64,000 nucleotides of DNA, taken from positions 448,001 to 512,000 of the forward strand of contig CAXXHO010000005.1 of the NCBI GenBank assembly GCA_963667725.2. The letters run 5' to 3'. The position numbers and the translations under genes were made by a program. Below the pieces are notes generated by a model. It did not search any database. It saw only the letters and a program-made list of their open reading frames with translations, and was not told the DNA's origin. Of the stretch, positions 1 through 10,148 are shown in pieces. This stretch comes from Treponemataceae bacterium. Lineage in GTDB: Bacteria > Spirochaetota > Spirochaetia > Treponematales > Rectinemataceae. Numbering within the stretch: the stretch's first letter is position 1; each line of letters begins with the position of its first letter.

Positions 1-108
1 CGCGCTTCTTGCGTAAAGGAGCGAAGCGACTCGCAAGAAGCGTGACAAAGAGCGTTATAAGGTTGAAGCGGTTGTTGGACGGCTATTAATATTTATTAGT
101 TTCCGCTT

Positions 109-654
109 TTATGATTCTCTATTAGAATCCCATTCCTTTTTTAAAATCGCAAATTGCATTGTATTTTCATACTTTGGTGTACCATCCTCATTATTTATAA
201 ACGATATAAATTCCTTAAAACACCCCTCATTTCTCATTCCTAGTCTCTTACATAGTTTTTGTGATCTTATGTTATCATCTTCAACATACGCATATATCCG
301 TCTTGCTTTTTTGACTTCAAATAGGTAGATAAATAAAGCTTCTGCACTTTCAAAAGCATAGCCTTTACCTTGATAATCTACATTAATATTCCATCCAATA
401 TCATAAGTATCAGGTTCTTCTTTCTCAAAGAACAAATCACCAATTACTTCATCAGTATCTCTTAAACAAATGGCAATTGAATTTTTCAGTTTACATCTTT
501 TTTTAACTTCGATTCTTGCTTCTTCAAAGGTATTTACCTTTTCTGATACAAAGCAATTTACTCTTGGTTTTGATAGATATGCGAATAGGCTTGAAGCATC
601 TTTTTCTAAAAAACTTCGTAGAATTAACCTATCTGTTTCTATTGGATTCATCAA
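109..654 (-). CDS. GNAT N-acetyltransferase (RimJ/RimL-like)
   Basis: IETDRLILR start, YQGKGYA acetyl-CoA motif, NIRSQKLCKRLGM. Confidence 0.85.
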   Translation of the reverse strand: MMNPIETDRLILRSFLEKDASSLFAYLSKPRVNCFVSEKVNTFEEARIEVKKRCKLKNSIAICLRDTDEVIGDLFFEKEEPDTYDIGWNINVDYQGKGYAFESAEALFIYLFEVKKARRIYAYVEDDNIRSQKLCKRLGMRNEGCFKEFISFINNEDGTPKYENTMQFAILKKEWDSNRES

Positions 655-724
655 TCAAAGCTCCCTAGACATTGTAATAGCATTATACTGAGCTAAATTC
701 TACCCTATATTTCCATATGTCCGC

Positions 725-845
725 CCAACATTGGCTTAACCCTTAACGCCTGTTCCTGAGCGAAGCGAAGGATTGGCGTGGTTTTTGCGTGATCTTCTCG
801 CAAAAACCATGACAAAAGGCGTTATAGGGTTGAAGCGGTTGTTAG
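725..845 (-). repeat. attC: attC site, representative ~120 bp type. Other attC sites start at approx 1870, 2743, 3415, 4180, 5168, 9211, 12974, 13667, 14426, 16766, 18487, 19375, 20263, 21499, 24493, 25485, 26503, 27441, 29785, 30847, 33030, 33677, 34741, 36497, 37455, 38259, 39775, 40513, 41182, 42111, 42752, 43715, 44538, 45501, 46372, 47220, 48211, 48985, 49673, 50329, 51025, 51811, 52619, 53850, 54830, 55710, 56498, 57444, 58446, 59191, 59888, 60671, 61506, 62192, 62908, 63538
   Basis: Minus strand reads R'' CTAAC-N5-L'' CTTCAAC ... L' GTTAAG-N5/N7-R' GTTRR. The extra base in L'' gives the canonical extrahelical G on the + (bottom) strand, and the inner arms are self-complementary. Confidence 0.95.
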
Positions 846-852
846 GTTTTAC

Positions 853-1848
853 CTATTTCTTTTCTGACTTAAGATATTTTTTCTTTTCAATATATGCTAA
901 AAATTTTGTTCCTATTTTTGTAATTGAATATCTTCTATATTGTACGCTTGCTACTTTTTCGTTTACTACTAAATCATATATTTGTAACTGTGGACATAAC
1001 CTGAAATACAAAAAAGAGTCCAAATCGTTTATTCCATATTGATTTGTAACACCTCTTAATAAATCTTCTTTAAACGCTAAAAGCAAATTTAATAAAGGTA
1101 TTTCATCTGGTAATTTTTCATTTTTACCTCCAATTAATTTCTTGATTGAGGATATATCTATCTTCTTACTCCTAAGTATTTTTTCTAACTCTGAATATTC
1201 TATATCTTGTTCTTTTTTAGCATCGGGAGTAGTATTAATATCTGCTTTTTTAATCTTGGACGCTTCATCCTTTAATTTATCAATTTCATTATGCAACCTT
1301 ATTAGTTCGTCTGTTAATGATTTTACGTCAGGAGAATCATCATACCTAATCCACCCCGCATTCTGATGCTCCGATGCAATTGTTGATAGAGATTCATATA
1401 CTGATAGCTTTAAATCCTTTGTATCAGTAAAAAATGATGAAATCTTGTTCAATACTTTTTTCCTAAACTCTTCCAGCTTTATGCTATTATCTTTTTCAAT
1501 AATTTCAACACCCTCTACCTTCTTTTTTTGTTCAATTCCTTCATCAGAAATAACTACAGCGAAGAATGGAAGTCCTAATGATATGGCGTAATCATATTCT
1601 AATTCTGTATAACTAACTCCGGTTTGAGGTTCTATGGAACCATAACGTGTACCAAGAATAAGTACATATACGTCTGATTCACCTATCCATTTCTGAATGA
1701 TTTCCCATTGGCTTTTATCACCAGCAATAAAAAGTTCCATACCTGCTGGTATATGCCCGCACCTTAATATTGTTTGAACAGCAGATTGTCGTTCTTCTTT
1801 AAGATCTTTATATGTTGATGAAATAAACACTTGAAGTTTTGTCTTCAA
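853..1848 (-). CDS. DUF4062 domain protein
   Basis: N-terminal QVFISSTYKDLKEER...SDVYVLILGTRYGS...SYTELEYDYA, followed by a coiled coil. Confidence 0.8.
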   Translation of the reverse strand: MKTKLQVFISSTYKDLKEERQSAVQTILRCGHIPAGMELFIAGDKSQWEIIQKWIGESDVYVLILGTRYGSIEPQTGVSYTELEYDYAISLGLPFFAVVISDEGIEQKKKVEGVEIIEKDNSIKLEEFRKKVLNKISSFFTDTKDLKLSVYESLSTIASEHQNAGWIRYDDSPDVKSLTDELIRLHNEIDKLKDEASKIKKADINTTPDAKKEQDIEYSELEKILRSKKIDISSIKKLIGGKNEKLPDEIPLLNLLLAFKEDLLRGVTNQYGINDLDSFLYFRLCPQLQIYDLVVNEKVASVQYRRYSITKIGTKFLAYIEKKKYLKSEKK

Positions 1849-2012
1849 TTCTTACTCTCCTTAATAAACCTAACATTTTCGCTTAACCTTTAAATCCGTC
1901 CTGAGCGATAGCGAAGGATTGGCGCGCATTTTGCATTGTTGTTCTTGCAAAATGCGTGACAACAGGATTTATAAGGTTGAAGCGGGTGTTAGAAATCTTC
2001 TTTTTATATTAT

Positions 2013-2306
2013 TTAGTTAAAAGCTTGGATCTTCTCGAGTTCTTTAACCATCTTTTTTCTTGCTTCTCTTATATCTAACTCATTCTGTAGATTAAGCCAA
2101 AACTTATAAGAATTCCCAAAGAACTTTGAAAGTCTAAGCGCCATCTCAACAGTAATTTTCCTTTTATTATGAAGTAAGTCTAAAACTGTACTTGTTGAGA
2201 CTTTTAGCTCTTTCGACAACCTATACGGAGTGATATCAAGAGGCTCAAGAAATTCTTCTCGTATAATTTCTCCTATTGTAGGTGTTTCAATATAGTCTTT
2301 ATTCAT
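2013..2306 (-). CDS. higA: HigA-family HTH antitoxin
   Basis: GEIIREEFLEPL...ITVEMALRLSKFFGNSYKFWLNLQ; lies downstream of the toxin. Confidence 0.9.
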   Translation of the reverse strand: MNKDYIETPTIGEIIREEFLEPLDITPYRLSKELKVSTSTVLDLLHNKRKITVEMALRLSKFFGNSYKFWLNLQNELDIREARKKMVKELEKIQAFN

Positions 2307-2319
2307 TCTCTTCTTCTCC

Positions 2320-2601
2320 TTAATGATAATCTACAATAGAAACCTCAAATGCCTCGCCACCCTTAAATTTGAACTGAATCCTCCATTGATCATTGATCCT
2401 TATTGAACAATAGCCTTTCTTTATTCCCTGCAAGTGCTCAAATCTATTTGAAGGTGCAACCCTAAAATCTTCTTCTGTAGTAGAAGCATCAATAAAAAGC
2501 AGCTTTACTAAAGCCCGCTTTTGTATCTCTGGTGGCAGCTTTTTTGATCTTTCTTGATGAAAGATCTTTTCTGTTTCAGCATCACCAAAAGACTGAATCA
2601 T
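2320..2601 (-). CDS. higB: HigB-family (RelE-like) toxin
   Basis: MIQSFGDAETEKIF...PSNRFEHL...SIRINDQWRIQF...IVDYH. Confidence 0.9.
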   Translation of the reverse strand: MIQSFGDAETEKIFHQERSKKLPPEIQKRALVKLLFIDASTTEEDFRVAPSNRFEHLQGIKKGYCSIRINDQWRIQFKFKGGEAFEVSIVDYH

Positions 2602-2607
2602 GATTAC

Positions 2608-2636
2608 AATATACGCTACACAGATATATCTGTCAA
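2608..2636 (-). promoter_or_regulatory. sigma70-type promoter of higBA with palindromic operator
   Basis: TTGACA-N17-TATATT, 6 nt before ATG; palindrome ACAGATATATCTGT at 2620-2633. Confidence 0.75.
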
Positions 2637-2894
2637 GAAGATATTACAAACACTATATTATTACAAATAATGGCATATTTCATTATTTTGTATATGTTTG
2701 CTTGATTCCACGGCGTTACTCTTCCTGCGCGGGAGCGTCTTTCTAACATTGGCTTAACCTTTAAATCCGTGCCCGAAGGGCTTGGCGCGGTTTGTGCATA
2801 AAGGAGCGAAGCGACTGCACAAACCGTGACAAAGGATTTATAAGGTTGAAGCACTTGTTAGGATAATTTTTTTCAATCCTTACTATACTCTTAC

Positions 2895-3269
2895 TTATCT
2901 TTCTTTCCCAAATATCTTTAATATCTCTTCTTTAGTTTCTTTAAATATTACCTGCTTAGTCTTATTACTCTCATATATAAAGTCCCTTAAGCTCTTACTC
3001 TTAATAGATGTAAAATCTCCAATAATCCCTATCTTTAATCCGTAGTTACTTGCTTTTTGCAGTATCTCGCCTGCTACTCTTGTCTTTAGTTCAAAGAAAT
3101 CTGGTATGATATTTTCTTTCTTTAATATGATAGTTCTTACTGAGTATGATCCTATGATATCTAATAGATCCTGCGTATCCTTTAAAATATAGCCATCATC
3201 TTCAAGCTCAAGTATTCTTTCATCGTTAATGGTATGTAATATAGTTTTCATAGAAATATTATCTCTCAT
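2895..3269 (-). CDS. DUF4180 family protein
   Basis: DFFELKTRVAGEILQK...SKSLRDFIYESN. Confidence 0.8.
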   Translation of the reverse strand: MRDNISMKTILHTINDERILELEDDGYILKDTQDLLDIIGSYSVRTIILKKENIIPDFFELKTRVAGEILQKASNYGLKIGIIGDFTSIKSKSLRDFIYESNKTKQVIFKETKEEILKIFGKER

Positions 3270-3543
3270 ATGCTCAATTATTTTAATAGCCTAAAAAGTA
3301 TTATAAACAGGTGATAAATATTTCAAGGATGCATTTGACGTAATACTTTTTCTATTAGCTATTATTATTCTCAACTTATTACCAGGTGTACCTGCGCGCG
3401 TTTAGCGCGTCATCCTAACATTGGCTTAACCCTTAACGCCTGCTCCTGAGCGTAGCGAAGGATTGGCGTGGTTTGTGCATTGTTGTTCTGCACAAACCAT
3501 GACAAAAGGCGTTATAGGGTTGAAGCATTTGTTAGACGAATCC

Positions 3544-4089
3544 TTATTTACTACCCTTTTCACTTATTTTATATTTAAGCAATTCATTCAATACATAAGT
3601 TTCTCTTTCAATCCATTTCGTTTTCTTTTCAGAAGACTTCATCGTTTTTCTATTAACTTCTAATGCTTCTTTAATAGTTGTCCACTTTGGAATAAACATC
3701 AATTCTTTCTCATAATCATCAAGATTTTGACTATGTAAAGAATCTTCAATTACAATTTCGTAGTAGGCTGATATCATTTTAAAATAATCAAATGTTTCTT
3801 CTTTAGATTTATTGTACTCAATTACTGTTCCAATTTTACATTTAATATCTACAATAGTTCCTCCAATTTCTTCATCTATTTCTCTAAATAATGCAATTTC
3901 TTGCGTTTCGTTATCTTCTACACCACCACCAGGAAATTTATATTCGTCATTTGTTTTTGAATAAACCAAAAGTATCTGATTATTCTTAATAATTACTGCT
4001 CTTACAGCATTTCTACAAAATGATAATCCATTTAGATCTATATCTTTTTTATAAAATATCTCTTTGTTAAAAAGCATCGATCCTTCCAT
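3544..4089 (-). CDS. NUDIX hydrolase
   Basis: FPGGGVEDNETQEIALFREIDEEIG Nudix box. Confidence 0.85.
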   Translation of the reverse strand: MEGSMLFNKEIFYKKDIDLNGLSFCRNAVRAVIIKNNQILLVYSKTNDEYKFPGGGVEDNETQEIALFREIDEEIGGTIVDIKCKIGTVIEYNKSKEETFDYFKMISAYYEIVIEDSLHSQNLDDYEKELMFIPKWTTIKEALEVNRKTMKSSEKKTKWIERETYVLNELLKYKISEKGSK

Positions 4090-4319
4090 GATAAAATGTT
4101 ACATACACAATTACACATATCAAGTTAACATTTTTACTAATTGCTTTAATATGTATCTTTTTGCGCCGAAGGCGTCCGTCTAACATTGGCTTAACCCTTA
4201 ACGCCTGCTCCTGAGCGTAGCGAAGGATTGGCGTGGTTTTTGCATTGTTGTTCTGCAAAAACCATGACAAAAGGCGTTATAGGGTTGAAGCATTTGTTAG
4301 CGGTTTTTTACTTCATATT

Positions 4320-5129
4320 CTATTGCGTTAATGTATTGTTTTTAAAAAACTCTACTATAAATGGAATTGCATCTCCTGGAATTTTATGTATATCATTATA
4401 TATAAATGTAGTTAACGGCTTATCTATTGCAGATTTATATTCTGTAACATTTTTATTTATAACTATTCCTTCATCATTACATTTATTTATTTTCTTAATA
4501 AATTCTATCATTTCTTTTTGTGATTTAAACTTTACAATTTCATCTTGCTTCCCGGCAACATGGAATACTGGTATTTCTTTAAATAGATTTCTATCTTTGT
4601 TTGATCCTAAAGTACCTGCTATCGGCGCAATCGCTGCTATAATATCTCTTCGAACGGTAGCTATTACATAACTAAAAGCGGCACCATTGGAAAACCCTGT
4701 AACGTATATTCTATTTTCATCTATTGAACACTTATTTTTTAAATATATCAGTATTTCATCAAATAGCCTGATATCTCTGTCCTTATAATCTCCAACATAT
4801 GTTTGCCATCCTGATTTAGCACCTCCTGTTTCCATTTTTTGAATTACAGTTCTTAATCCACGTGGGTAGACAACGATTGCTTCTGGCCAATACTTTTCGA
4901 TTTTAAATTTGCCTATGGCTTCAGTTAACTCTTGCCCATAACCATGAAAAACAAATACTACTGGTAATTTTTCTTGTGTTGAATTTTCTGGAACATATAA
5001 TAAGAAGTCTCTTTGAACATTATCTACAGATATCTTTATTTGCTCTAAAGAATATCCTTTAGTGAAAACCATCAATAATAAGGCAATAATATATATAGTT
5101 TTCATAAGTTTATACTTTCTTTTACTCAT
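4320..5129 (-). CDS. Secreted alpha/beta hydrolase (PHB depolymerase/esterase-like)
   Basis: Signal peptide, VFVFHG, GFSNG nucleophile elbow, D and H of the catalytic triad. Confidence 0.8.
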   Translation of the reverse strand: MSKRKYKLMKTIYIIALLLMVFTKGYSLEQIKISVDNVQRDFLLYVPENSTQEKLPVVFVFHGYGQELTEAIGKFKIEKYWPEAIVVYPRGLRTVIQKMETGGAKSGWQTYVGDYKDRDIRLFDEILIYLKNKCSIDENRIYVTGFSNGAAFSYVIATVRRDIIAAIAPIAGTLGSNKDRNLFKEIPVFHVAGKQDEIVKFKSQKEMIEFIKKINKCNDEGIVINKNVTEYKSAIDKPLTTFIYNDIHKIPGDAIPFIVEFFKNNTLTQ

Positions 5130-5317
5130 TAGATTCCTCCATTGTTTTCATATGCCTTTTAATACCGCTAACATTGGCTTAACCTTTAAAGCCTGGCCTG
5201 AGCGAAGCGAAGGATTGGCGTGGTTTGTGCATTGTTGTTCTGCACAAACCATGACAAAAGGCTTTATAAGGTTGAAGCTTTTGTTAGATTTCTTCTTTTC
5301 TTTAACTTACTATTTCT

Positions 5318-5842
5318 TTATAGTATCATTTCATATGCTATAAAGTCTGTCCCATATACATGTATTCTACCTAGATTTCTATATCCCATTCTCTTATAAA
5401 GTCTGTTTGCTGCTTTGTTTACTTCTGCTGCAAGATGATGTGTTGCCTTAAAACCTCTTTCCTTTGCAGTGTCACTTATATAGTGCATCATCTTTTCTCC
5501 TATACCTATGCTTTGGTATGAAGGAGTAACACATAATCGTACAAGAAAGCATGATTTTACTTTTGCCCAATCTAATAATTGTAATTCTGATGATTCTTCA
5601 TCTACCATAGAAATTGCAGCTATAATCTTATTATCATCTTCAAGTACATATAGGCTTTTATTCTTAAGATCATCTTTAAGTATTTCTCTATTTGGATAGT
5701 CTTCATCCCAATCTGAAGTACCATCAATTTTTCCTTTAGCTTTTACTGCATCATAAAGAGAATGTATTTGATCTTCTTCTATTTCTAATGCCATTCTAAA
5801 TTGTTGCATATGTTTTTCCCACGTAGCCCATGTATTATTCAA
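5318..5842 (-). CDS. GNAT N-acetyltransferase
   Basis: RLCVTPSYQSIGIG, NKAANRLYKRMGY. Confidence 0.8.
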   Translation of the reverse strand: MNNTWATWEKHMQQFRMALEIEEDQIHSLYDAVKAKGKIDGTSDWDEDYPNREILKDDLKNKSLYVLEDDNKIIAAISMVDEESSELQLLDWAKVKSCFLVRLCVTPSYQSIGIGEKMMHYISDTAKERGFKATHHLAAEVNKAANRLYKRMGYRNLGRIHVYGTDFIAYEMIL

Positions 5843-5927
5843 TTCTTTATTATTATTGCCCAGAGCATCAATCTAACATTATTAACAATGGCTTCAGCAT
5901 GTCTACTTTTGCGCCGAAGGCGTCAAT

Positions 5928-6022
5928 CTAACATTTGGATAACCTGTGAGGCGTGATTGGCGCGGTTCATGCGAAAGCATGTAACCGTGACAATAGCCGA
6001 ATCAGGTTGATCCAGTTGTTAG
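5928..6022 (-). repeat. attC: Atypical short attC (~95 bp); other divergent attC at ~7738, 8481, 15286, 22524, 47913
   Basis: CTAAC-N5-GATAACCTG...CAGGTTGATC-N5-GTTAG keeps the box geometry with a different interior. Confidence 0.85.
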
Positions 6023-6969
6023 ATGAAATTTCTTTGTAATCGTTGGATTGTGTTCTCGATCTTGTTCAATACATCAAAATAAATAACAGGCAACTCGTAA
6101 TTAATCTTTAATCCTTTAGAATAAAATCGCTTTCTATTTTTCACGGTATCAATATTCCCATCTGTATAATCAATCAAGTAAACATACTTCTCATGAAGTT
6201 CCTTATTTCTATAGTTGAAATATATTTTATTTTGATATTCAAAAGAACCATTATGAATAATTTCATGTCTGTAATTAATAATCATATTTATTGACTCTGT
6301 TTTCTCATATATAGTTCCATTCCATGATAAATCAAAGAATTTGTTTTTATCACCATATAATATTTCTTTACTAGCTAGTTTGGGCCATTTTGAATAATCA
6401 GTGTATTCATGATTACTTTCAATAACCAATTTTGTCATCAAATCAAATATTGAGTATAATTTTACAATCATATTTTCAAACATGGAATAAATAACTATCG
6501 TCTTTCTACCTGACATCCAATAAATTACATTTTCTCCTTCGTCATCAATAACATGATCTTGGTTGATATTACATAATTCTTTATAAAAAGTCACAAACAG
6601 CTCTTTTGTTTCTATTAATCTATTTTGAATAGAGGCAATAATAAAGAAAATATCATGTAGTAATAATACACGATGATTTTTTGTATCACTAATTTCGGTT
6701 ACCAAATGCGCGAATTCATCTTTTGATATAGTAAAATCTGAATCAATACCACAATTTGAAAGCCACATAGGTCTAATATCAATATTTTCATAATAATCAA
6801 TATCATTAAATATCTTGTTCTGAAATGAATCATAAAGGCTTACAAGGTTTGCATCTAATTCATAGAATATTTGGTCTCCATCAAAAATGACTTCTCCAGA
6901 TATTTCATTAATATAGAATTTAGAAATGGGTATATCACTTATCAATCCATTTGCATTAAGAATACTCAT
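6019..6969 (-). CDS. Hypothetical protein with HEPN-like RxxxxH motif
   Basis: Long ORF filling the cassette; YRHEIIHNG. Confidence 0.55.
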   Translation of the reverse strand: MSILNANGLISDIPISKFYINEISGEVIFDGDQIFYELDANLVSLYDSFQNKIFNDIDYYENIDIRPMWLSNCGIDSDFTISKDEFAHLVTEISDTKNHRVLLLHDIFFIIASIQNRLIETKELFVTFYKELCNINQDHVIDDEGENVIYWMSGRKTIVIYSMFENMIVKLYSIFDLMTKLVIESNHEYTDYSKWPKLASKEILYGDKNKFFDLSWNGTIYEKTESINMIINYRHEIIHNGSFEYQNKIYFNYRNKELHEKYVYLIDYTDGNIDTVKNRKRFYSKGLKINYELPVIYFDVLNKIENTIQRLQRNFI

Positions 6970-6995
6970 TTAGTCTCCGCGCCGAAGGCGTCCAT

Positions 6996-7141
6996 CTAAC
7001 ATTTTCGCTTAACCTTTAAGCCCGACCTGAGCATAGCGAAGGTTTGGCGCGATTCTTGCACCACTTTACGTTGCCGCTCCTACTTTACAGAATCTCGCAA
7101 GAAGCGTGCCAAAGGGCTTATAAGGTTGAAGCGGATGTTAG
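6996..7141 (-). repeat. attC: attC site, long ~145 bp variant (also at ~16033, 17582, 22158, 23757, 30483, 31751, 32664, 35409, 36130, 39045, 39409)
   Basis: Same R/L boxes, arms TTTAAGCCC...GGGCTTATAA, large central loop CACTTTAC..GCCGCTCCTACTTTAC. Confidence 0.93.
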
Positions 7142-7152
7142 AAATCTTCTTC

Positions 7153-7608
7153 TTACTTGAGATTAAGGAGCACTATTCCTGATAGACAAAATGCTATCCC
7201 TATTAGCTTCTTTATACTTATCTTTTCCTTAAATACTATTATTCCTATGATCACTAATCCTACTGTTATCATTGATGATACAAGAGCTGAAGAAAACGTA
7301 AGCTTTCCCCCTGCCCTATACAACAACAAATATCCTAGTTCTATTCCTACGATTGGAACTGCAAGTAAAACACTATAAATGTTTAGGCTCTTTATTGATT
7401 CAGAGAGTGTGTTCTTCAATGGAAAAACAACAAAGAGAACACCTACTAAGCATAATGAAGTAAGATAAGAACAAAGAATACTAAGTGCTGGATTCGCATT
7501 CGGAGCAATAGACTTTTGAAAGAACTGATAGGCAACACCGGAACACACTAATAAGGCAATAGAAGCAATATACATTCCTTTTCCTTTTTCAATACGATGT
7601 AAAGACAC
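7153..7608 (-). CDS. EamA/DMT-family small membrane transporter
   Basis: Five hydrophobic segments; C-terminal FKEKISIKKLIGIAFCLSGIVLL. Confidence 0.8.
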   Translation of the reverse strand: MSLHRIEKGKGMYIASIALLVCSGVAYQFFQKSIAPNANPALSILCSYLTSLCLVGVLFVVFPLKNTLSESIKSLNIYSVLLAVPIVGIELGYLLLYRAGGKLTFSSALVSSMITVGLVIIGIIVFKEKISIKKLIGIAFCLSGIVLLNLK

Positions 7609-7855
7609 TCTTAAAATTCAAAGAGCCTTTTACGTAGTACAGTCTATTAAAATTGAAAACAAAAAAGCATCAAAATGGAATTGTTGTAGTACATTTTAAT
7701 CATATTTTTCTTTCTTATCCGCGCGCGCAGCGTCTTTCTAACATTGGCTTAACCCTTAACGCGTACATTGGCGCGGTTTGTGCTTGCGAGCGAAGCGAGT
7801 TGCACAAACCGTGACAATAGCGTTATAGGGTTGAAGCAGGTGTTAGATTTCTTCT

Positions 7856-8353
7856 TTAATTAACTATCTTATCTATATATAGTTTACAATCTGGTACAAA
7901 CTTATTTCCCTTTAAAAGTTCTAGTACTTCTTCTCGTGTTGCTATTTTTGCTTCTTCAACTTCAGTTTCTTGACACTTTATTGCCATTTTATCTATTTCT
8001 TGATTAAAGACCCATACATCTACAAAATGCGGACTAAAGCCATTATCACCTTTATATTGATATACGATCTTTCCTCTTTCTTTATCCAAATCAATTCCTA
8101 ATTCTTCTTTTACTTCTTTCAAAGCAGTTTTTAAGCTATCATCCCCTGATACAGCTGAACCACCTGTACATTCCCATAACCCAGGATAAGGATATTTATC
8201 TTTCTTTCTTTTTGAAATAACAAATTCATTCTTTGAATTCTTTATCCATACATGTACGATGAGATGATATTCATTATCGTTGAATGCTTCACCACGAAGA
8301 ATAACTTTTCCAGTTCTATTTCTATTTGAATCTAATACATCCCAATATTCCAT
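7856..8353 (-). CDS. NUDIX hydrolase (IDI-like)
   Basis: GGSAVSGDDSLKTALKEVKEELG. Confidence 0.85.
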   Translation of the reverse strand: MEYWDVLDSNRNRTGKVILRGEAFNDNEYHLIVHVWIKNSKNEFVISKRKKDKYPYPGLWECTGGSAVSGDDSLKTALKEVKEELGIDLDKERGKIVYQYKGDNGFSPHFVDVWVFNQEIDKMAIKCQETEVEEAKIATREEVLELLKGNKFVPDCKLYIDKIVN

Positions 8354-8614
8354 AATACTTCCTTACTTTAAATTAAAAACTCTAAAAACTTTTAGTCTTG
8401 ATATCATCATATGAATAACCAAATTAGCATTGGCAATAAAAAGTTTAACGTATATCTTTATCCGCCCGCGCAGCGTGAATCTAACATTGGCTTAAGCTGG
8501 GAGCTTCGACCGCGAAGCGGTTGGCGCGCTTTTTGCATGAGAGAGCGTAGCGATCTGCAAAAAGCGTGACAAAGAAGCGACTCAGCTTGAAGCAGTTGTT
8601 AGGCGAATATTCTT

Positions 8615-9106
8615 CTATATGTCTTTCTCCATATAAACTATTCCTAAATCTTTACCAAATTTTCCCCAACATTTCTTTAATCTTCCATATTCACTAAATC
8701 CATTTCTCTCATGAAACGTTAAGCTGTTTTTATTATCATCAGTTATATCAACTATTATTTTGCTAATTCCAATATTTTTTGCATCATCTTCCAATTGCTG
8801 TAATGCTCTTTTCCCTATGCCTTTCCCAATATATTCTTTTTTAATAAAATACATTACTTCTGCGGTTTTCTTAAATGGTCTTATATTCTTAAAAGCTTCT
8901 AATGTACAAAAACCAATCAATTCTTTTCCATTAAGCGTAATTGCATATCCTGAATAAACATCATTCTTATCTATGATTTTATCAAAATGATTATAATCTA
9001 CAATGTCCTCACGAAAAGCCGCTGTTGTTGTTTTAATATAATAATTCAATATATCAATCACGCTTTGCCGATGTTTCTCTTCTAATGGTTCAAATACAAT
9101 ATCCAT
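8615..9106 (-). CDS. GNAT N-acetyltransferase (phosphinothricin acetyltransferase-like)
   Basis: ILNYYIKTTTAAF, YIGKGIG, SLTFHERNGF. Confidence 0.8.
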   Translation of the reverse strand: MDIVFEPLEEKHRQSVIDILNYYIKTTTAAFREDIVDYNHFDKIIDKNDVYSGYAITLNGKELIGFCTLEAFKNIRPFKKTAEVMYFIKKEYIGKGIGKRALQQLEDDAKNIGISKIIVDITDDNKNSLTFHERNGFSEYGRLKKCWGKFGKDLGIVYMEKDI

Positions 9107-9342
9107 AAGAACATCCTTTTTTTATACTGCTTCTTTATCCACAAAGCCCGTCAGGTTAACATTTTTAGCTATAACTTCAACATGTATCATTTTGCGCCGA
9201 AGGCGTCCGCCTAACATCGGGCTTAACCCTTAACGCCTGCTCCTGAGCGAAGCGAAGGATTGGCGTGGTTTTTGCATTGTTGTTCTGCAAAAACCATGAC
9301 AAAAGGCGTTATAGGGTTGAAGCATGTGTTAGATTTCTTCTA

Positions 9343-9882
9343 TTATTCAATTTTATCAATAATACTATTATACCTGTTAAGTATTTTACCTTTGAAGTTT
9401 TCGTCTGAAAGCCTTAACTTCATTGTCTCTTCACCTTTCCCTTTCATTTCTTCTGGTGTTATAAGTTTTATTGAAATTGCCTCTGCAAATTCTAGCTTCC
9501 CAGCCATTAATATTTTAATTTTTTCAAATATCTTAGTATATCCATACTTTGTATCTTTATCGTCTTCACCACTTCCACAACAAGTTATAAAATATAGCTT
9601 GTTTATATCATCTTTATACTTTTTAAGAAAATCACTTAATGGAGATATTAATTGTCCCATCCAAACAGGTCCACATAGTATAACTGCATCATAATTTTTT
9701 ATGTTTTTATCAGTCTTATGAATTCCAAAGCTTATTTTTAATAATGATGATATCATTAGTCCAAATGATGATTTTATTCTTGGTGATATTTCAATTAAAT
9801 CATATTTTTTATCATTAGCTATTTTCTCTGCCAAATATTTGTTATTTCCAGTGTTTGAATAATATACAACAAGATTATTCAT
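9343..9882 (-). CDS. Flavodoxin-like protein
   Basis: VVYYSNTGNN FMN-binding loop, YDAVILCGPVWMG. Confidence 0.8.
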   Translation of the reverse strand: MNNLVVYYSNTGNNKYLAEKIANDKKYDLIEISPRIKSSFGLMISSLLKISFGIHKTDKNIKNYDAVILCGPVWMGQLISPLSDFLKKYKDDINKLYFITCCGSGEDDKDTKYGYTKIFEKIKILMAGKLEFAEAISIKLITPEEMKGKGEETMKLRLSDENFKGKILNRYNSIIDKIE

Positions 9883-10148
9883 CGATTCCTCCTCATTGAA
9901 TCTGCATTTTAAGTTTACCTAACTAGTGTTGAATTATAATATTAATTGCATTTCTATGTGCTTGATGGATCGAGCTAACATTTACACAATAATGTTTAGG
10001 ATGTATCTTTTTGCGCCGAAGGCGTCAATCTAACATTGGCTTAACCCTTAACGCCTGTTCCTGAGCTGGCGTTGTACAGTGCGCGGTATAGAAAATCTTG
10101 CTAATACTCTATAAATAATAGAGTTATACGATTGCAGTCGAAAATCTT

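Noticed and set aside
9999..10028. TTGACG-N17-TACATC as a sigma70 promoter in the 55 bp module
   Set aside because: TTGACG depends on the variable core bases (often TGGACG or CGGACG) and the -10 lacks the final T, so this is not supported without TSS data.
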